Positions 63,141-64,000 of a DNA stretch of 64,000 nucleotides are shown in pieces. The notes beneath the pieces were generated by a model. It did not search any database and was not told the origin of the DNA. It worked only from the letters and a program-made list of their open reading frames with translations. The stretch is from Planctomycetota bacterium. Lineage in GTDB: Bacteria > Planctomycetota > UBA1135. Position 1 is the stretch's first letter, and every line of letters begins with the position of its first letter. The position numbers and the translations under genes were made by a program. The stretch covers positions 10,365-74,364 of the forward strand of contig JAJFFB010000084.1 of assembly GCA_021776925.1 (NCBI GenBank), written 5' to 3'.

Positions 63141-64000
63141 ATGGAAGCAATGCTTTTGATTGCCTTTTTATTGAGCGCGTTCGCGCAGTCTGTGGGGTCA
63201 CCAGGCATCGGTCCGCAGCAGGTTCTTGACCGGGTGGCGGGAGAGAACCTGGGTTATGGCGGGGCCGTGTTCCGCGCTGCGCAGGGGCCGGACCTGTTGT
63301 GGCAAGGAGCGTCGGGAAGCCTGACGCGCAACGGAGCGGCGATGACCAGCGAGGCGGTTTTTGAAATCGCCAGCACTTCCAAGGCGATGACTGCCGCCGC
63401 AGTGCTGTTGGAAGTGGAAGCCGGCCGCCTCGACCTCGACGCCCCTCTCAGCAACTACCTTGCGCCCGCCTTCACCGACAAGCTGCTCGTCATCGGCGGC
63501 CACAATTACGGCCCCGAACTCACCCTGCGCCAGCTCTTGTCCCACACCTCGGGCCTGCCCGATTATTGGTACGACCCGCCCTTCATCGTTCCCGGCTTGA
63601 CTCCGCTGTTCGTTCCCGGAAGCGGCTGGCACTACTCCGATTCCGGTTACCTTCTCGCCGGCCTGGTGCTGGAAAAGGTCACCGGCCTGCCCTTGCAGGA
63701 AATCTACCGCACCCGCATCTACCAGCCGCTCGGCATGCACCAGACCTGGCTCCAGTGGCGCGAGAACCCACCCCCCGGCGCCACCCAATCCCATCGCTAC
63801 GAAGGCGATTGGGACATGTACACCAAAGGCCACAACAGCGCCGACTGGGCCGGCGGCGGTCTCGGCAGCACCACCTACGACCTGCACCTCTTCCTGCGCG
63901 GCATCGCCGACGGCACCCTCTTCGCCAACCCCGCCACCCGCGACCAGATGATGGCCTGGACCCCAACCGGCGACCCCGGCGTCCACTACGGCCTCGGCCT
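63141..64000 (+). CDS. Serine hydrolase, beta-lactamase (class C / esterase EstB-like) family; C-terminus beyond the window
   Basis: Hand translation gives MEAMLLIAFLLSAFAQS (signal)...AVFEIASTSKAMTAAAVLLEVEAGRLDLDAPL (S-x-x-K), LLSHTSGLPDY and HYSDSGYLLAG (Y-x-N-like position). It is absent from the track because it has no stop in the window. The 63198..63986 minus-strand ORF is its antisense shadow. Confidence 0.8.
   Translation, partial: MEAMLLIAFLLSAFAQSVGSPGIGPQQVLDRVAGENLGYGGAVFRAAQGPDLLWQGASGSLTRNGAAMTSEAVFEIASTSKAMTAAAVLLEVEAGRLDLDAPLSNYLAPAFTDKLLVIGGHNYGPELTLRQLLSHTSGLPDYWYDPPFIVPGLTPLFVPGSGWHYSDSGYLLAGLVLEKVTGLPLQEIYRTRIYQPLGMHQTWLQWRENPPPGATQSHRYEGDWDMYTKGHNSADWAGGGLGSTTYDLHLFLRGIADGTLFANPATRDQMMAWTPTGDPGVHYGLG

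Noticed and set aside
63198-63986. A 262-aa minus-strand ORF.
   Set aside because: It is the antisense shadow of the plus-strand beta-lactamase-family gene, which has an S-T-S-K motif, a signal peptide and an RBS. The composition is Gly/Ala/Val-rich and typical of wrong-frame high-G+C translation.
1-64000. G8-G9 / C8-C9 homopolymer tracts inside coding regions, considered as possible phase-variation switches. Examples: 1869-1876, 11131-11138, 20210-20217, 25383-25391, 26434-26441, 28304-28312, 29779-29787, 40628-40636, 41671-41678, 45159-45166, 45730-45738, 49516-49523.
   Set aside because: A back-of-envelope estimate gives about a dozen runs of 8 or more in 64 kb by chance, assuming roughly one-third G and one-third C. 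That matches the number seen. All are in frame (GG/GGG or PPP codons) and scattered over unrelated housekeeping genes.
1-64000. CRISPR arrays, rRNA genes, tRNA genes, IS elements or transposases, integrases, toxin-antitoxin pairs and known defence-system genes.
   Set aside because: I recognised none while reading both strands. This is a by-eye scan only, so tRNAscan-SE, Infernal/Rfam, ISfinder and DefenseFinder/PADLOC runs would be the decisive check.

Overview
High-G+C bacterial chromosomal segment (roughly two-thirds G+C by eye) with about 48 protein-coding genes. I recognised no rRNA, tRNA, CRISPR array, transposase or integrase. The six-frame track is full of long antisense shadow ORFs. 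I kept one frame per locus using sequence motifs, signal peptides and start/stop coupling, and trimmed several over-extended ORFs. Left to right the window holds: a truncated NarK-like MFS porter; two tandem 923-aa membrane-anchored paralogs; a secreted SDR; an FGE-fold protein; an AraC regulator divergent from a TIM-barrel isomerase, a DUF6807/cytochrome c/discoidin fusion, a beta-propeller/ThuA fusion and a C-N hydrolase; a clan-CD (C25-like) peptidase candidate; an AddB/AddA helicase-nuclease pair; a SAM methyltransferase coupled to a polytopic spermidine-synthase-like membrane protein; MutY; a PsrABC-type molybdopterin reductase operon followed by two YeeE/YedE genes, one fused to a Cys-less rhodanese; a FadL-type porin; a CBM9/DUF5916 protein followed 2 nt later by an STT3/AglB-like oligosaccharyltransferase homolog; a SatD plus DUF3307 pair; 3-hydroxybutyryl-CoA dehydrogenase; a DUF1800/DUF1501 pair; an alpha/beta hydrolase plus hotdog thioesterase; a radical SAM protein; GST; a sulfotransferase; a metallophosphoesterase; an esterase; and a Cys-less TusA-like protein, a small membrane protein and a Cys-type sulfatase. 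Then comes a visibly lower-G+C segment of about 6.8 kb, bracketed by an imperfect ~55-nt direct repeat. It carries a cysteine-free C-type-lectin/TSP3-repeat protein, an ECF sigma factor and a Ser/Thr kinase in one tight operon, plus a convergent membrane-anchored orphan. The window ends in a truncated beta-lactamase-family serine hydrolase. The gene content (DUF1501/DUF1800, sulfatase, ThuA/DUF6807/heme c fusions, ECF sigma next to a Ser/Thr kinase, giant secreted hypotheticals) resembles Planctomycetota/PVC-type genomes; that is inference only. The best candidates for something new are the repeat-bracketed lectin-sigma-kinase islet, the DUF5916 plus STT3-like pair, the SatD/DUF3307 module and the tandem 923-aa paralogs. 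All function calls come from reading motifs by eye; no database search was possible.
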